NCBI GenBank assembly: GCA_025340205.1
Contig: CP006868.1
Coordinates: forward strand, 1,200,001-1,232,000
DNA from: Ignicoccus pacificus DSM 13166
Lineage (GTDB): Archaea; Thermoproteota; Thermoprotei_A; Sulfolobales; Ignicoccaceae
Direction: 5' to 3'
DNA length: 32,000 nt
Below, one piece after another: positions 1-8,922 of the stretch (positions within the stretch are counted from its first letter, which is position 1; the number at the start of each line of letters is the position of its first letter). A model generated the notes under the pieces. The model saw only the letters and a list, made by a program, of their open reading frames with translations, did not search any database and was not told where the DNA came from. A program made the position numbers and the translations under genes.

Positions 1-172
1 GGTCTACTGGGTGGGTCCGAGGGGGGACATAGTTGCTCCCGAGAGCGATTGGCTCCACTTGCCCTTCACCATAACTCCTCCCTTCCAGCTGCTCGCCTAC
101 TACATGGCAGTGCTCAAAGGTTATGATCCCGACAAGCCCAGAAACCTAGCGAAGAGCGTTACGGTTCACTAA
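1..172 (+). CDS. glmS: Glutamine--fructose-6-phosphate aminotransferase (GlmS), C-terminal fragment; 5' end lies outside the window
   Basis: The frame starting at nt 2 translates to ...[37 protein letters not shown]. This is the hallmark GlmS SIS-domain C-terminus ([10 protein letters not shown] ending). Stop TAA at 170-172. Confidence 0.85.
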   Translation, partial: VYWVGPRGDIVAPESDWLHLPFTITPPFQLLAYYMAVLKGYDPDKPRNLAKSVTVH

Positions 173-233
173 AAGGGATGACTGAGTTTATTCCGGGCTA
201 CCGAGCGGTGAGGATTGGACTACCGCGAGGACC

Positions 234-437
234 TCAGTTGGGATCCATCTCGGCCGCCATTTCGGTGAGTATAGCGAGGCCTCCGAAGAGTATGGCCGCC
301 CCAGTGGTCAGGAGCACTATGTTGGTTGCCAAGTCTGCTGGAATAGTGAACAAGTGAGTGGCGGTAGTCATTATGAAGTCGATAACTATGGCTATTACCA
401 TCAATAGCGTGAATAAGCTGTTAATCTTCCCTATCAC
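234..437 (-). CDS. Small membrane protein (67 aa, two hydrophobic helices), unknown function
   Basis: ORF track. Two long hydrophobic segments (LFTLLMVIAIVIDFIM and IVLLTTGAAILFGGLAIL). GTG start. No recognisable family. Confidence 0.4.
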   Translation of the reverse strand: MIGKINSLFTLLMVIAIVIDFIMTTATHLFTIPADLATNIVLLTTGAAILFGGLAILTEMAAEMDPN

Positions 438-444
438 TTCCCAT

Positions 445-460
445 CCCCATAGCTATGGGG
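445..460. repeat. Perfect 16-bp palindrome CCCCATAGCTATGGGG between the TatD-like stop and the small membrane protein start
   Basis: Read directly from the sequence. The element is self-complementary over all 16 nt. Confidence 0.9.
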
Positions 461-478
461 AGGAAAGGGCTTTTACAT

Positions 479-1324
479 TTAAGGAGGTGATACCGAGAAG
501 CTCCTCACCACGTTCTCGACGTTAAGCTTGTACAGGTAGTCCTCGCTGACCTTCTCCTCGTTCAGTAACTCCAGTTGTACCTTCGCCATCTCCCACGGGT
601 AGATCACTATTCCGGGCCTCTTGGGATCGTCTATGTGGTCGCTCTCAACCATGTAATTAGGGGGTAACTCGAGGGCCTTCTCCAAGCTCCCCTTGACTCC
701 TGGGGCAGTTGCGGGAACTCCTAGCTCCACCGCGGCCTTGAGCGTCTTTCCCCTGGCATGGTGCATTATCACCCTCTCCGACTTAGCGCCTATCCTCCTC
801 ACCCTCTCCTTGACGTCGAGGGCGCTTACCCTCCCCCCTTGCTCTAGGTGTAAGTGCACCACCACGTCGTAGTCTTTGGATATCTCTATAGCTCTGTCCA
901 TAATGTGCTCAGCTATGACCACCGAAATAGGGTTGGTCTTGTAGTGCTGCCTTCCTACCTCTCCCACGCCCTGAAGCCTTCCCTCCTTTACGGCCTTTTC
1001 CACTAAGTCCATTACCTTCATGCCAAAATCGAGCACTTCCTCCGGCTTCATCGATCCCAAGTGCTTGTCCACGTCGGCAGGGTGAAAGCCGTAAAGACAA
1101 GAGACCTTAAGGCCGTAGCTCCTAGCCTTCTCGCACTCCTTGATCGTTAACTCCAGCGTTTTCTCATAGCCCTCCAAGTTGCCTTCAATTCCATAGTGCC
1201 AAGGGCTCAGGCCCACTATCGCTAGGAACCAGCCTCCGGCTTCCTTGAACTTGGGAGCGATCTTTTCCATTCCGAGACCCCTTACGGGATTGGTGTGGGT
1301 GTGAGCATCCGCTATGGGAACCAC
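479..1324 (-). CDS. TatD-family / amidohydrolase-fold metal-dependent hydrolase
   Basis: N-terminal metal-binding motif IADAHTHTNP (compare TatD DxHxH). Later VVHLHLEQG and MHHARG histidine clusters, and a C-terminal ESDHID motif, are typical of TIM-barrel metallohydrolases. 281 aa. Confidence 0.65.
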   Translation of the reverse strand: MVPIADAHTHTNPVRGLGMEKIAPKFKEAGGWFLAIVGLSPWHYGIEGNLEGYEKTLELTIKECEKARSYGLKVSCLYGFHPADVDKHLGSMKPEEVLDFGMKVMDLVEKAVKEGRLQGVGEVGRQHYKTNPISVVIAEHIMDRAIEISKDYDVVVHLHLEQGGRVSALDVKERVRRIGAKSERVIMHHARGKTLKAAVELGVPATAPGVKGSLEKALELPPNYMVESDHIDDPKRPGIVIYPWEMAKVQLELLNEEKVSEDYLYKLNVENVVRSFSVSPP

Positions 1325-1455
1325 TTCATTCCCCCGGAGCGCTTTGAGGAATAGCTTATGAGGAGAGGTTTAGGAAACCATCACGGCTCCGGTCCCTTCA
1401 CGCCGTCTGGAAGGGCGGCGAATGAGAGGGATCCCCGTTGGGCGCCACACATCCC

Positions 1456-2217
1456 TCACACACCAAGTTCCTCTAAGAGGAAGTATAGGAGAACCTTGTT
1501 GTTCTTAATTATTTCAAATGCCCTAAGTACATAGGGCTTATCCATGATTACAAGCTTCTCGCTGAGACTATCTCCTTTGAGCTTCCACCTGAGCATGGCA
1601 TTACCTCTAACATCGAGCACCTCCACCTCTCCTTTTCTTAGAACTAGGAGCAAGTCCTCGTATAATAGAGCGTCCTCAGCTTCTCCTATAACGACTTCAT
1701 CTCCGTTTACTATTGCCCTCCCGTCCCCAGTAATTATCAAACCGTTATCAGTCACCTTTAACGAGTTTAGATCGCCCAGCTTGGAAATGTGAACCTTGCC
1801 AGCTTCCTCCACCTCATCTTCAGCTAAGAGGAGGTGAAGCCAGGGAGGCTTGAGTATGCCTAAAGTAATCTTTCCCTTGATCCTCTTCGCGAAGAGTAAC
1901 CTTCCCTCAAGCGCGAAGACCTTCCCGTCGATCTCGACGATTACTTTGTTACTATTAAGAATTGAAATTAGGCCCTTACTCCCTATGAAGTACACCCTAG
2001 GTCCCTCAGCGAAGACGGAGCGCTCGCCGGCCCCCTCTATTAGCTTCAACCCGTGGGGAGTTTGAAGGAGAAGGGACTTGCAAGTTAGGTCTAAATGTGT
2101 AACTCCTATAATTGGAATAAAGGAGGGTCTCGAATGAGGGTAGGAGAAGGAGTAATATACGCCGTTCTCCCATTTTAGGACAAAAGCGAGTTCGTCCTTA
2201 CACGGAAAAACGAGCAT
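1456..2217 (-). CDS. Hypothetical protein (253 aa)
   Basis: Long ORF with the same codon style as its neighbours. No motif recognised. Confidence 0.5.
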   Translation of the reverse strand: MLVFPCKDELAFVLKWENGVYYSFSYPHSRPSFIPIIGVTHLDLTCKSLLLQTPHGLKLIEGAGERSVFAEGPRVYFIGSKGLISILNSNKVIVEIDGKVFALEGRLLFAKRIKGKITLGILKPPWLHLLLAEDEVEEAGKVHISKLGDLNSLKVTDNGLIITGDGRAIVNGDEVVIGEAEDALLYEDLLLVLRKGEVEVLDVRGNAMLRWKLKGDSLSEKLVIMDKPYVLRAFEIIKNNKVLLYFLLEELGV

Positions 2218-2300
2218 ATTCTCCCTATAGTACTAAACATAGAAAGGATATACAAGTTCTCGTTTAGAGAATACAAGTTTCCAATATATGGAAGCTTCTC

Positions 2301-2310
2301 TATTATTAAA
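2301..2310 (+). promoter_or_regulatory. TATA-box-like element upstream of tyrS
   Basis: TATTATTAAA lies about 30 nt upstream of the ATG at 2337. This fits archaeal TATA-to-start spacing for a short-leader or leaderless mRNA. Confidence 0.4.
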
Positions 2311-2336
2311 GAAAAGCTCTTTTTGAGTGGAGCAGT

Positions 2337-3434
2337 ATGAGGGGACGGGTACTTTGCATGGACAGGTTTGAGCTGATTAAAAGGAACACCGTAGAGATAG
2401 TAACAGAGGACGAGCTCAAGGAGAAGTTAGAGAAGGGAGAGAAGCTGAAGGGCTACATAGGCTTCGAGCCCTCTGGCCTCTTCCACGTAGGGTGGATGGT
2501 GTGGGCGAAGAAGGTCTGGGATTTGGTTGAAGCCGGAGTGGATATGAGGATCTTGGCAGCCACTTGGCACGCTTGGGTAAACGACAAGCTGGGAGGGGAT
2601 CTGGAGCTGATAAGGGACGCTGCTAAGTACGTCTGGCACGTATTGAAGGCCTTAGGCTTACCGATGGATAAGATAAAGTGGGTATATGCTGAGGACTTGG
2701 TAAAGGATGACAAGTACTGGGCTCTGGTGCTGAGAGTTGCCAAGAACACCTCTTTAGCTAGGATGAAGAGAGCGTTGACCATAATGGGGAGAAAGACCAG
2801 CGAGGCCGAGCTGGACAGCTCCAAGCTCATCTACCCGGCAATGCAAGTTAGCGACATCATCTACATGGATCTAGACATAGCCCTCGGAGGGCTTGACCAG
2901 AGGAAGGCCCACATGCTCCAGAGGGACGTAGCTCCCAAGCTCGGAGCGAAGAAGGTAATTGCCATCCACACCCCTCTCCTCACTTCTCTTCAAGGAGGCA
3001 AAAGGATGGACGTCAAGGGAGATATAGACGATTACATGGCTGAGGTGAAGATGAGCAAGAGCAAGCCGGAGACTGCCATCTTCGTCCACGACAGCCCGGA
3101 GGAGATATGGAAGAAGCTCAAGAAGGCTTACTGTCCAGCTAAGGAGACGCAGTTCAACCCAGTTCTCGACATAGTGAAGTACGTGATATTCCCGTGGAGG
3201 AACTACGAACCCTTCGTCGTCGAGAGGCCGGAGAAGTTCGGGGGAACAGTTACTTACAAGAGCTACGAGGAGCTCGAAAGGGACTTCGCGGAGGGCAAGC
3301 TACACCCGTTGGACTTGAAGAAGGCCACTGCTAAGTACTTGGCTGAGATACTTGAGCCCGTGAGGAAGTACTTCGAGGAGAACGAGGAAGCTAGGAGCCT
3401 CTATGAGAGAATAAAGGACAAGATAACTCGCTAG
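2337..3434 (+). CDS. tyrS: Tyrosyl-tRNA synthetase (archaeal type)
   Basis: Class I aaRS motifs are present: GFEPSGLFHVGW (HIGH region) and KMSKSKP (KMSKS loop). The 365-aa size matches crenarchaeal TyrRS. An alternative start, ATG 2358 (MDRFELIKRN...), is possible. Confidence 0.85.
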   Translation: MRGRVLCMDRFELIKRNTVEIVTEDELKEKLEKGEKLKGYIGFEPSGLFHVGWMVWAKKVWDLVEAGVDMRILAATWHAWVNDKLGGDLELIRDAAKYVWHVLKALGLPMDKIKWVYAEDLVKDDKYWALVLRVAKNTSLARMKRALTIMGRKTSEAELDSSKLIYPAMQVSDIIYMDLDIALGGLDQRKAHMLQRDVAPKLGAKKVIAIHTPLLTSLQGGKRMDVKGDIDDYMAEVKMSKSKPETAIFVHDSPEEIWKKLKKAYCPAKETQFNPVLDIVKYVIFPWRNYEPFVVERPEKFGGTVTYKSYEELERDFAEGKLHPLDLKKATAKYLAEILEPVRKYFEENEEARSLYERIKDKITR

Positions 3435-4192
3435 CTCAGCTCATCCAACGCCCACTTGGGCAACTTCACCTCGAGCGCTTTCAATATCTCATCCAAGTGC
3501 TCTTTTCTCTCAGTCTTTGGAATGGGAATAACCACGGGGCTCCTCGAGAGGAGCCAAGCTATGGCAATGGCAGCGGGCGGGACGCTCAGCTCTCTGGCCA
3601 CCTTAGCTATCTTCTGATCATGAAGGAGCCTCCCCTTTTCCAAAGGAGTGTGAGCTTGGAGAGCTATTCCCTTCTCCTCGAGGATCGGCAGTATCTCCTC
3701 AGTTCTCCTAAACCAGTAGGAGTACTTGTTCTGGACAGCAACTATTTCGTGCCTCTTAGGAGCGGTCAAGGCCACCTCGAACTGCTCCTTGGTCACATTC
3801 GAAACACCTATCATCCTCGTAAGTCCCTTCTCGAGGGCTTTTTCCAATACCCTAACTTCGGTCGCAATGTCCTCGGGCCAGTGAACTAAGGTAAGATCAG
3901 GAACCTTTCCTAATCTCCTCCTCTGCCTCTCCAAGGCCTTGAAGCACTCCTCCTCTTCCTTGAGATGCCAAGGGTAGAGCTTTGTGGTCACGAAGATCTC
4001 ATCTGGCTTGCCGTAGACCCTCATGGCCTCCCCTATTATCGGCTCGGTTCTATACATTTCAGCCGTGTCGACCAAGTTTATTCCTCTCTCGAATGCGTAT
4101 AGCAAGGTTTCGTAGAATGCCTTGGGATCGTGGACGTCCCAAGAACCCATTCCTATTGCTGAGACCTCTTCTCCACCTATCTTCCTCTTCAA
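3431..4192 (-). CDS. Aldo/keto reductase family oxidoreductase
   Basis: LVDTAEMY (Asp/Tyr of the AKR tetrad), TTKL (Lys) and LVHWP (His). 253 aa, which is short for the family. The stop overlaps the tyrS stop by 4 nt (convergent). Confidence 0.75.
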   Translation of the reverse strand: MKRKIGGEEVSAIGMGSWDVHDPKAFYETLLYAFERGINLVDTAEMYRTEPIIGEAMRVYGKPDEIFVTTKLYPWHLKEEEECFKALERQRRRLGKVPDLTLVHWPEDIATEVRVLEKALEKGLTRMIGVSNVTKEQFEVALTAPKRHEIVAVQNKYSYWFRRTEEILPILEEKGIALQAHTPLEKGRLLHDQKIAKVARELSVPPAAIAIAWLLSRSPVVIPIPKTERKEHLDEILKALEVKLPKWALDELS

Positions 4193-4202
4193 GACTCAGC
4201 TC

Positions 4203-5300
4203 CTAGTCCCCTTCCTCGTCGCCCTTATCATCTATGACGCCGGTAACCTTGGCCAGCCTCTCAGCCGCCTCACGGGTAAGCCCCTCTTCCCCGAGGATGG
4301 TGTACCTCTCCGGCCTTATCTTGTGAGCCATTAACAAGGCCTCTATTATATGTTCGTCCTTAACGCCTAACTCCTTAGCAGTGGTGGGAAGGCCCAAGAT
4401 CCTCATTATTCTCCTGACCTTCTTCCAGAGCTCAGTTCCGTGCAAGTAGAGCATCATTATGCTCCCAACGGCTACTTGCTCTCCATGTAGAGCGGGCCTG
4501 TTGGCTATTATATCCAACGCGTGGGAGAAGAGGTGCTCGCTTCCACTGGCCGGTCTCGAGGAGCCAGCTATGCACATAGCCACGCCGGAGGATATGAGGG
4601 CCTCTACCAGTATCCTCACTCCCTCCTCGTTCATCCTCTTGAGCACATCCACGTATTTCAGAACGTGCTTCGCGCTCATCAAGGCCAAAGAAGCCGCATA
4701 AGAGCCGTAGTACTCGCCCTTCAGCCTATGGGCCAACCTCCAGTCCCTTACTGCTGAGAACTTGCCCAAGATGTCCCCTACTCCGGCCAAGTTGAGTCTC
4801 TTGGGAGCCTTCACTATTATTGAAGTATCGGCTATTACTGCTATTGGAGTAACGGCCCTAACGCTCGTCGGACCGTTTACCCCCTTAAGGGAAGAGAAGG
4901 GCGAGGTTATCCCGTCGTGGCTGGCAGCTGTCGGTACGCTTATGACCTCCTTTCCTGAGGCCTTGGCCGCGTACTTCGCTATATCTATGGCCTTCCCGCC
5001 TCCAAAGCCTATTATTATATCGCTCTTGAACTCCTCGGATGCCCTCGCTATCTCCAGCGCCACGTCCTTTGTGGCATCCTTTGCTATCTCTACGTTTATC
5101 TGGAACCCCTTGTCCTCCAACAAGTCCTTCAACTCTTTTCCCCACTTGGAGTAGACGTTTGGTCCCGTGACCACGGTTATGTTCTTAAAGTGTCCAAGTT
5201 CGTTCAGCACCTCGGGAATTCTCTTGACTACCCCTTTACCTACTATTACCTTCTTCATCAGCGTGATCTCGTGTACTGGTCGCACCTTCGTTACCGCCAA
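4203..5300 (-). CDS. egsA: NAD(P)-dependent glycerol-1-phosphate dehydrogenase (archaeal lipid backbone synthesis)
   Basis: Iron-ADH/dehydroquinate synthase-like fold with [13 protein letters not shown] and the G1PDH-typical [14 protein letters not shown] segment. Also [11 protein letters not shown]. 365 aa. Confidence 0.75.
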   Translation of the reverse strand: MAVTKVRPVHEITLMKKVIVGKGVVKRIPEVLNELGHFKNITVVTGPNVYSKWGKELKDLLEDKGFQINVEIAKDATKDVALEIARASEEFKSDIIIGFGGGKAIDIAKYAAKASGKEVISVPTAASHDGITSPFSSLKGVNGPTSVRAVTPIAVIADTSIIVKAPKRLNLAGVGDILGKFSAVRDWRLAHRLKGEYYGSYAASLALMSAKHVLKYVDVLKRMNEEGVRILVEALISSGVAMCIAGSSRPASGSEHLFSHALDIIANRPALHGEQVAVGSIMMLYLHGTELWKKVRRIMRILGLPTTAKELGVKDEHIIEALLMAHKIRPERYTILGEEGLTREAAERLAKVTGVIDDKGDEEGD

Positions 5301-5389
5301 TTAAACCGCGTAGGGGGCTTGAAAACTGAGCTCCGGGTAATACGATACTTTCGGCCTACCCAGATGGCATAAAAACTTTCGTTGTATAC

Positions 5390-6658
5390 ATGGGGTCGGT
5401 GAAAGTGAGTTTGAACCTTTTCGACAGAATTCGCTCCGAGAGGAGCCCGCGGATATTTGTAAACAAGGAGGTGTTGGATCAAAGCTACGTGCCAGAGAAG
5501 ATGATCACGAGGGAGCACAAGGTTGAGCAGCTCGCCAGATACTTCCTCGACTTTCTAGACAACCCGGGTTCTACATACCATCCCGTTCTCATAACAGGTA
5601 AGCAAGGAGTGGGAAAAACGCACATGACCTTTAGGTTCTTCAGAGACCTCAAGGAGGCGTTCGTTAGAGAGCATAGGAAGGATCTGGTCATGGCGTATGT
5701 GAACTGCCACTTCAGGAATAGGTCGTTAATGCAGATACTGAGGACGGTGGCGACGTCCCTTAGGGCAAACGTTCCCACGAGGGGAATTTCGGCAGATGAG
5801 GTCTTCAACTCTATTGCTAGAATTCTGGAAAAGAAGGACATGTACATGCTATTGGTTCTCGATGACTTCCAATACGCCCTTCATTACGATCCACAGATAG
5901 CCTCTTTCATTGCTAGAATATACGAGCAGACGGACGAGCTGAAGAAGAAAAGGATTCAAAGCATAATAATAATGGATGATGCATCGAAACTAGATATGTA
6001 TACAAAGGACGAGAGGGTGAGGAGCTGGAAGGATAGACACATCTATATGAATCCCTACAAAAAGGAGGAACTTCGACTGATTTTGGAGGATAGGAGGGAG
6101 AAGGCCTTCTACCCGGACGCCGTACCGGACGAGGTAATAGACAGAATCTCCGAGCTCCTAGGAATAGACACCCATCCCGGATATCCCATCTCCGGAAGCG
6201 CCAGATCCGCTATAGAGACGCTAAGGCTTGCCGGAGAGAGGGCAGAAAATAGGGGAGACATGTTCGTCACGCTGGAGGACGTGAACTACGCTTGGGGAGA
6301 GCTGACGAAGCACGGAGACATAGCCTTGATCTCGGAGGCCTTAGAGGGACTGACGGACCATGAGCTCTTGTTCCTCTACTCTTTGGCAAGCGTCCTCATG
6401 GCTGGAAACGATCCGGCTAGGATAGGCTTAGTGGAAGAGGAGTATAGGAGCCTATGTGAACTACTAGGAGTTGAGCCGAGGAAGCACACCCAAATATATG
6501 AGTACGCAAAGAGGTTGGCTGAAATAGGGATAATCTGGAGGACTACAAATAACAAGGGTATGAGAGGAAGGAGCAGCCTTCTAACAATAGAATATCCTTT
6601 GGAACCCTTCCGAAACAGAGTGGCTGAGATACTGAGGAGGAGAGGCTATGAGATCTGA
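5390..6658 (+). CDS. cdc6: Orc1/Cdc6 replication initiator (AAA+ plus C-terminal winged helix)
   Basis: Collinear with Sulfolobus Cdc6 proteins. Walker A GKQGVGKT (aa 70-77), Walker B LVLDDF (aa 155-160), sensor-2-like GSARSAIETL, and a C-terminal WH segment (RLAEIGIIWRTTNNKGMRGRSSLL). Confidence 0.85.
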   Translation: MGSVKVSLNLFDRIRSERSPRIFVNKEVLDQSYVPEKMITREHKVEQLARYFLDFLDNPGSTYHPVLITGKQGVGKTHMTFRFFRDLKEAFVREHRKDLVMAYVNCHFRNRSLMQILRTVATSLRANVPTRGISADEVFNSIARILEKKDMYMLLVLDDFQYALHYDPQIASFIARIYEQTDELKKKRIQSIIIMDDASKLDMYTKDERVRSWKDRHIYMNPYKKEELRLILEDRREKAFYPDAVPDEVIDRISELLGIDTHPGYPISGSARSAIETLRLAGERAENRGDMFVTLEDVNYAWGELTKHGDIALISEALEGLTDHELLFLYSLASVLMAGNDPARIGLVEEEYRSLCELLGVEPRKHTQIYEYAKRLAEIGIIWRTTNNKGMRGRSSLLTIEYPLEPFRNRVAEILRRRGYEI

Positions 6659-6869
6659 GGAGGTCATTCTCAGAAGACCAACCATGATCAAGGCATTGCT
6701 AAAGCTCAAGGAGGAGCCCAGGAGCCTTAGTTCCCTTGCTAGGGAATTGGGAACCAATAGGAAGAGGCTCAAGGAGTATCTGAAGTTCCTGGAGGAGGAG
6801 GGATACGTGGAAAGGATAGGAGGCGTTTACATGATAAAGAAGGTCCCCAGCTTCCTCAGTACTCGCTAG
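6648..6869 (+). CDS. Small winged-helix DNA-binding protein (73 aa), unknown role
   Basis: wHTH-like pattern SLSSLARELGTNRKRLKEYLKFLEEEGYVERIGGVYMI. The ATG overlaps the cdc6 stop region by 11 nt and is preceded by a GGAGG-type SD. Its 3' end overlaps the mcm 3' end by 14 nt. Confidence 0.5.
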   Translation: MRSEEVILRRPTMIKALLKLKEEPRSLSSLARELGTNRKRLKEYLKFLEEEGYVERIGGVYMIKKVPSFLSTR

Positions 6870-8922
6870 CGGGCTTGAAGCACCCGGGCCTCTTCTCATA
6901 TATCGTCCCATCGTTCCTGAACATCTTTATGGCCTCATCCACTACCTCGGCTTCTATACCTTTCTTCCTCGCTTCCTCCACAAGCTCCTTTAATGGCACA
7001 CACTCCTTACCCTCAGCTAATTCCTTGAGTAACTTTGATACCATCATCATCTTGCTTAATTTGCTTACAGGTCTTCCAGTTAAGATCACATCTATATCTA
7101 TTCTTCCCGTCTCCACGTCCAAGCCCACCGTGTTGAGGAACGCGAGCATCATCCTCACCGCTTCCACGGCGTCCTCAGCCAACACGCTGTTCCTCAGCGC
7201 CATTCTTGCATGAGCTTCGCTCATCCTCACCAGAGCTTCTAGTTGCCTCGCCGTTATGGGAACCCCCATCTCGGGATTGTTAGCGGCCTTTGACCTCAGA
7301 TCAACGAAGAAGTTTTCAATTATTTTCTTCGCGTCCTCGGTGAGCTTCGGTGAGACCGTTTTCTTAGCATAAACTATGTACTTCTTCAGTAAGTCAATAG
7401 GTATCTCAGGCCTTATCTTCTCCGCTTCCTTGTGTACATTGAGTATGTACCTAACCAACCTCCTATCGTTCATCGGATCCGGTCTATCTTGAAGCACGAA
7501 GATCAAGTCAAACCTCGAGAGTATGCTCGGGGGCAAGTTGATGTTCTCCGCAACGGTTCTGTTAGGTAAATATCTTCCGTACCTAGGGTTCCCAGCCGCG
7601 AGGACTGCACACCTAGCGTTGAGCTTAGCCACTATTCCGGCCTTTGCTATCGACACAGTTTGCTGCTCCATAGCTTCGTGTATCGCAACTCTGTCCTCTT
7701 CCCTCATCTTGTCTATCTCGTCTATTACGGCCACTCCTCCATCTGCAATTACCAGAGCTCCGGCTTCTAGGTAGAACTCCCCTGTGACCTTGTCCCTTAC
7801 TACTGCTGCAGTAAGTCCCGCGGCGGTGGATCCCTTTCCGGTAGTGTAAACGCTTCTCGGGGCGACCCTGGCGGCGTACTGCAAGAGCTGGGACTTAGCT
7901 GTACCGGGATCTCCTATTATGAGGACGTGGATGTCTCCCCTTATCCTCGTTCCGTCCTCGAGTTGCTTTGGAACTCCTCCGAACAAGGAGAGGGCTATGG
8001 CTTCCTTTATGTCCCACAAGCCGTAGATCGAGGGAGCTATGCTCATCACTATCCTTTTGTGAATCCACGGATCTTTCGCCAACTCTTGGATTTTCTCCAC
8101 GTCTTCGGGCTCTAAGGCTATGTCCTCTAAGACCTTCTGAGACACCTCTATGTTATTCGCATAAATCCTTATCGTGAATATTGCTGCCGATCCCTTCCTC
8201 AAGAGCTTGTCGGGCTTCGCCTCGACTATTCCCACTATGGTTACCTTATCTCCAGGCCTAGCGATGTCAACCAAGTCGTCCTCTACAATTACTTCTATGC
8301 TTCTAGGAAGCTGACCCGCCGGCAGCTCCTCCGGCTTCTCTTGAACCACCATCATTTGCCAGTTGACGTACTCGTTGTCTGGATGATCTGCTAAGAACGT
8401 GAAGGGACCAGTCCTCTTCGGACACTCCTCGTTGGGACACGAGGAAGGGGTGACTATGTAGATCTCGTTTTGAATTACGGGAAAGATCGTTCCGCAAGCC
8501 TCGCATCTGAAGTAAGCCTTCCTTATCCTCTCCTTTACTTGAGTGACCCTTACCAAGATACCTTCAATCATTATTAGTTTTCCTATGTGGATGTCCCTTA
8601 TCTCCCTCAGTTTTACGGTCTCTGGAAGGTTGCTGAACCTAAGGTTGACCTTGTAGTCCTTCCCAGCGTAAGCGGAGGCTATCTCCTTGAGGACCTTCTC
8701 GAACTTGGGTATGTATTCCCTGGGCTTATCGATTATTAGTGAAGCTAACTCTTGACTGAAGTCAATGATATCGTGAAAGTCAACAACCAAGCTCTTCTTC
8801 CTTTCTATAACTATCCTCTTTAGCATCTCCTTATACTTCGCCTTACCCTCTTCGTCTTGGTATCTCTCGATAAATTCCCTAAACTGCTCCTCCGGGGGGA
8901 GCTGCTCTAACTCCAAGCTCAT
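6856..8922 (-). CDS. mcm: Minichromosome maintenance (MCM) replicative helicase
   Basis: Zn finger CEACG...CPNEECPKR, Walker A GDPGTAKS, Walker B VIDEIDKM, arginine finger SRFDLIF, and a C-terminal WH. 688 aa, with no intein-sized insertion. Confidence 0.95.
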   Translation of the reverse strand: MSLELEQLPPEEQFREFIERYQDEEGKAKYKEMLKRIVIERKKSLVVDFHDIIDFSQELASLIIDKPREYIPKFEKVLKEIASAYAGKDYKVNLRFSNLPETVKLREIRDIHIGKLIMIEGILVRVTQVKERIRKAYFRCEACGTIFPVIQNEIYIVTPSSCPNEECPKRTGPFTFLADHPDNEYVNWQMMVVQEKPEELPAGQLPRSIEVIVEDDLVDIARPGDKVTIVGIVEAKPDKLLRKGSAAIFTIRIYANNIEVSQKVLEDIALEPEDVEKIQELAKDPWIHKRIVMSIAPSIYGLWDIKEAIALSLFGGVPKQLEDGTRIRGDIHVLIIGDPGTAKSQLLQYAARVAPRSVYTTGKGSTAAGLTAAVVRDKVTGEFYLEAGALVIADGGVAVIDEIDKMREEDRVAIHEAMEQQTVSIAKAGIVAKLNARCAVLAAGNPRYGRYLPNRTVAENINLPPSILSRFDLIFVLQDRPDPMNDRRLVRYILNVHKEAEKIRPEIPIDLLKKYIVYAKKTVSPKLTEDAKKIIENFFVDLRSKAANNPEMGVPITARQLEALVRMSEAHARMALRNSVLAEDAVEAVRMMLAFLNTVGLDVETGRIDIDVILTGRPVSKLSKMMMVSKLLKELAEGKECVPLKELVEEARKKGIEAEVVDEAIKMFRNDGTIYEKRPGCFKPASEY

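Noticed and set aside
1391-1434. Nested imperfect hairpin (GGTCCCT...CGCCG-N10-CGGCG...AGGGATCC) between two minus-strand genes, as a possible ncRNA.
   Set aside because: The stems are short and bulged, with competing alternative pairings (CCTTC/GAAGG). There are no conserved RNA-family hallmarks and no adjacent T-tract. It is likely an incidental GC-rich spacer structure.
5301-5389. Replication origin (ORB or mini-ORB repeats, AT-rich unwinding element) next to orc1/cdc6.
   Set aside because: The intergenic region is only 89 bp. I saw no repeated ORB-like inverted elements or extended AT-rich tract. The 75-bp gins/rfcS spacer is equally too small. An origin may lie elsewhere on the chromosome.
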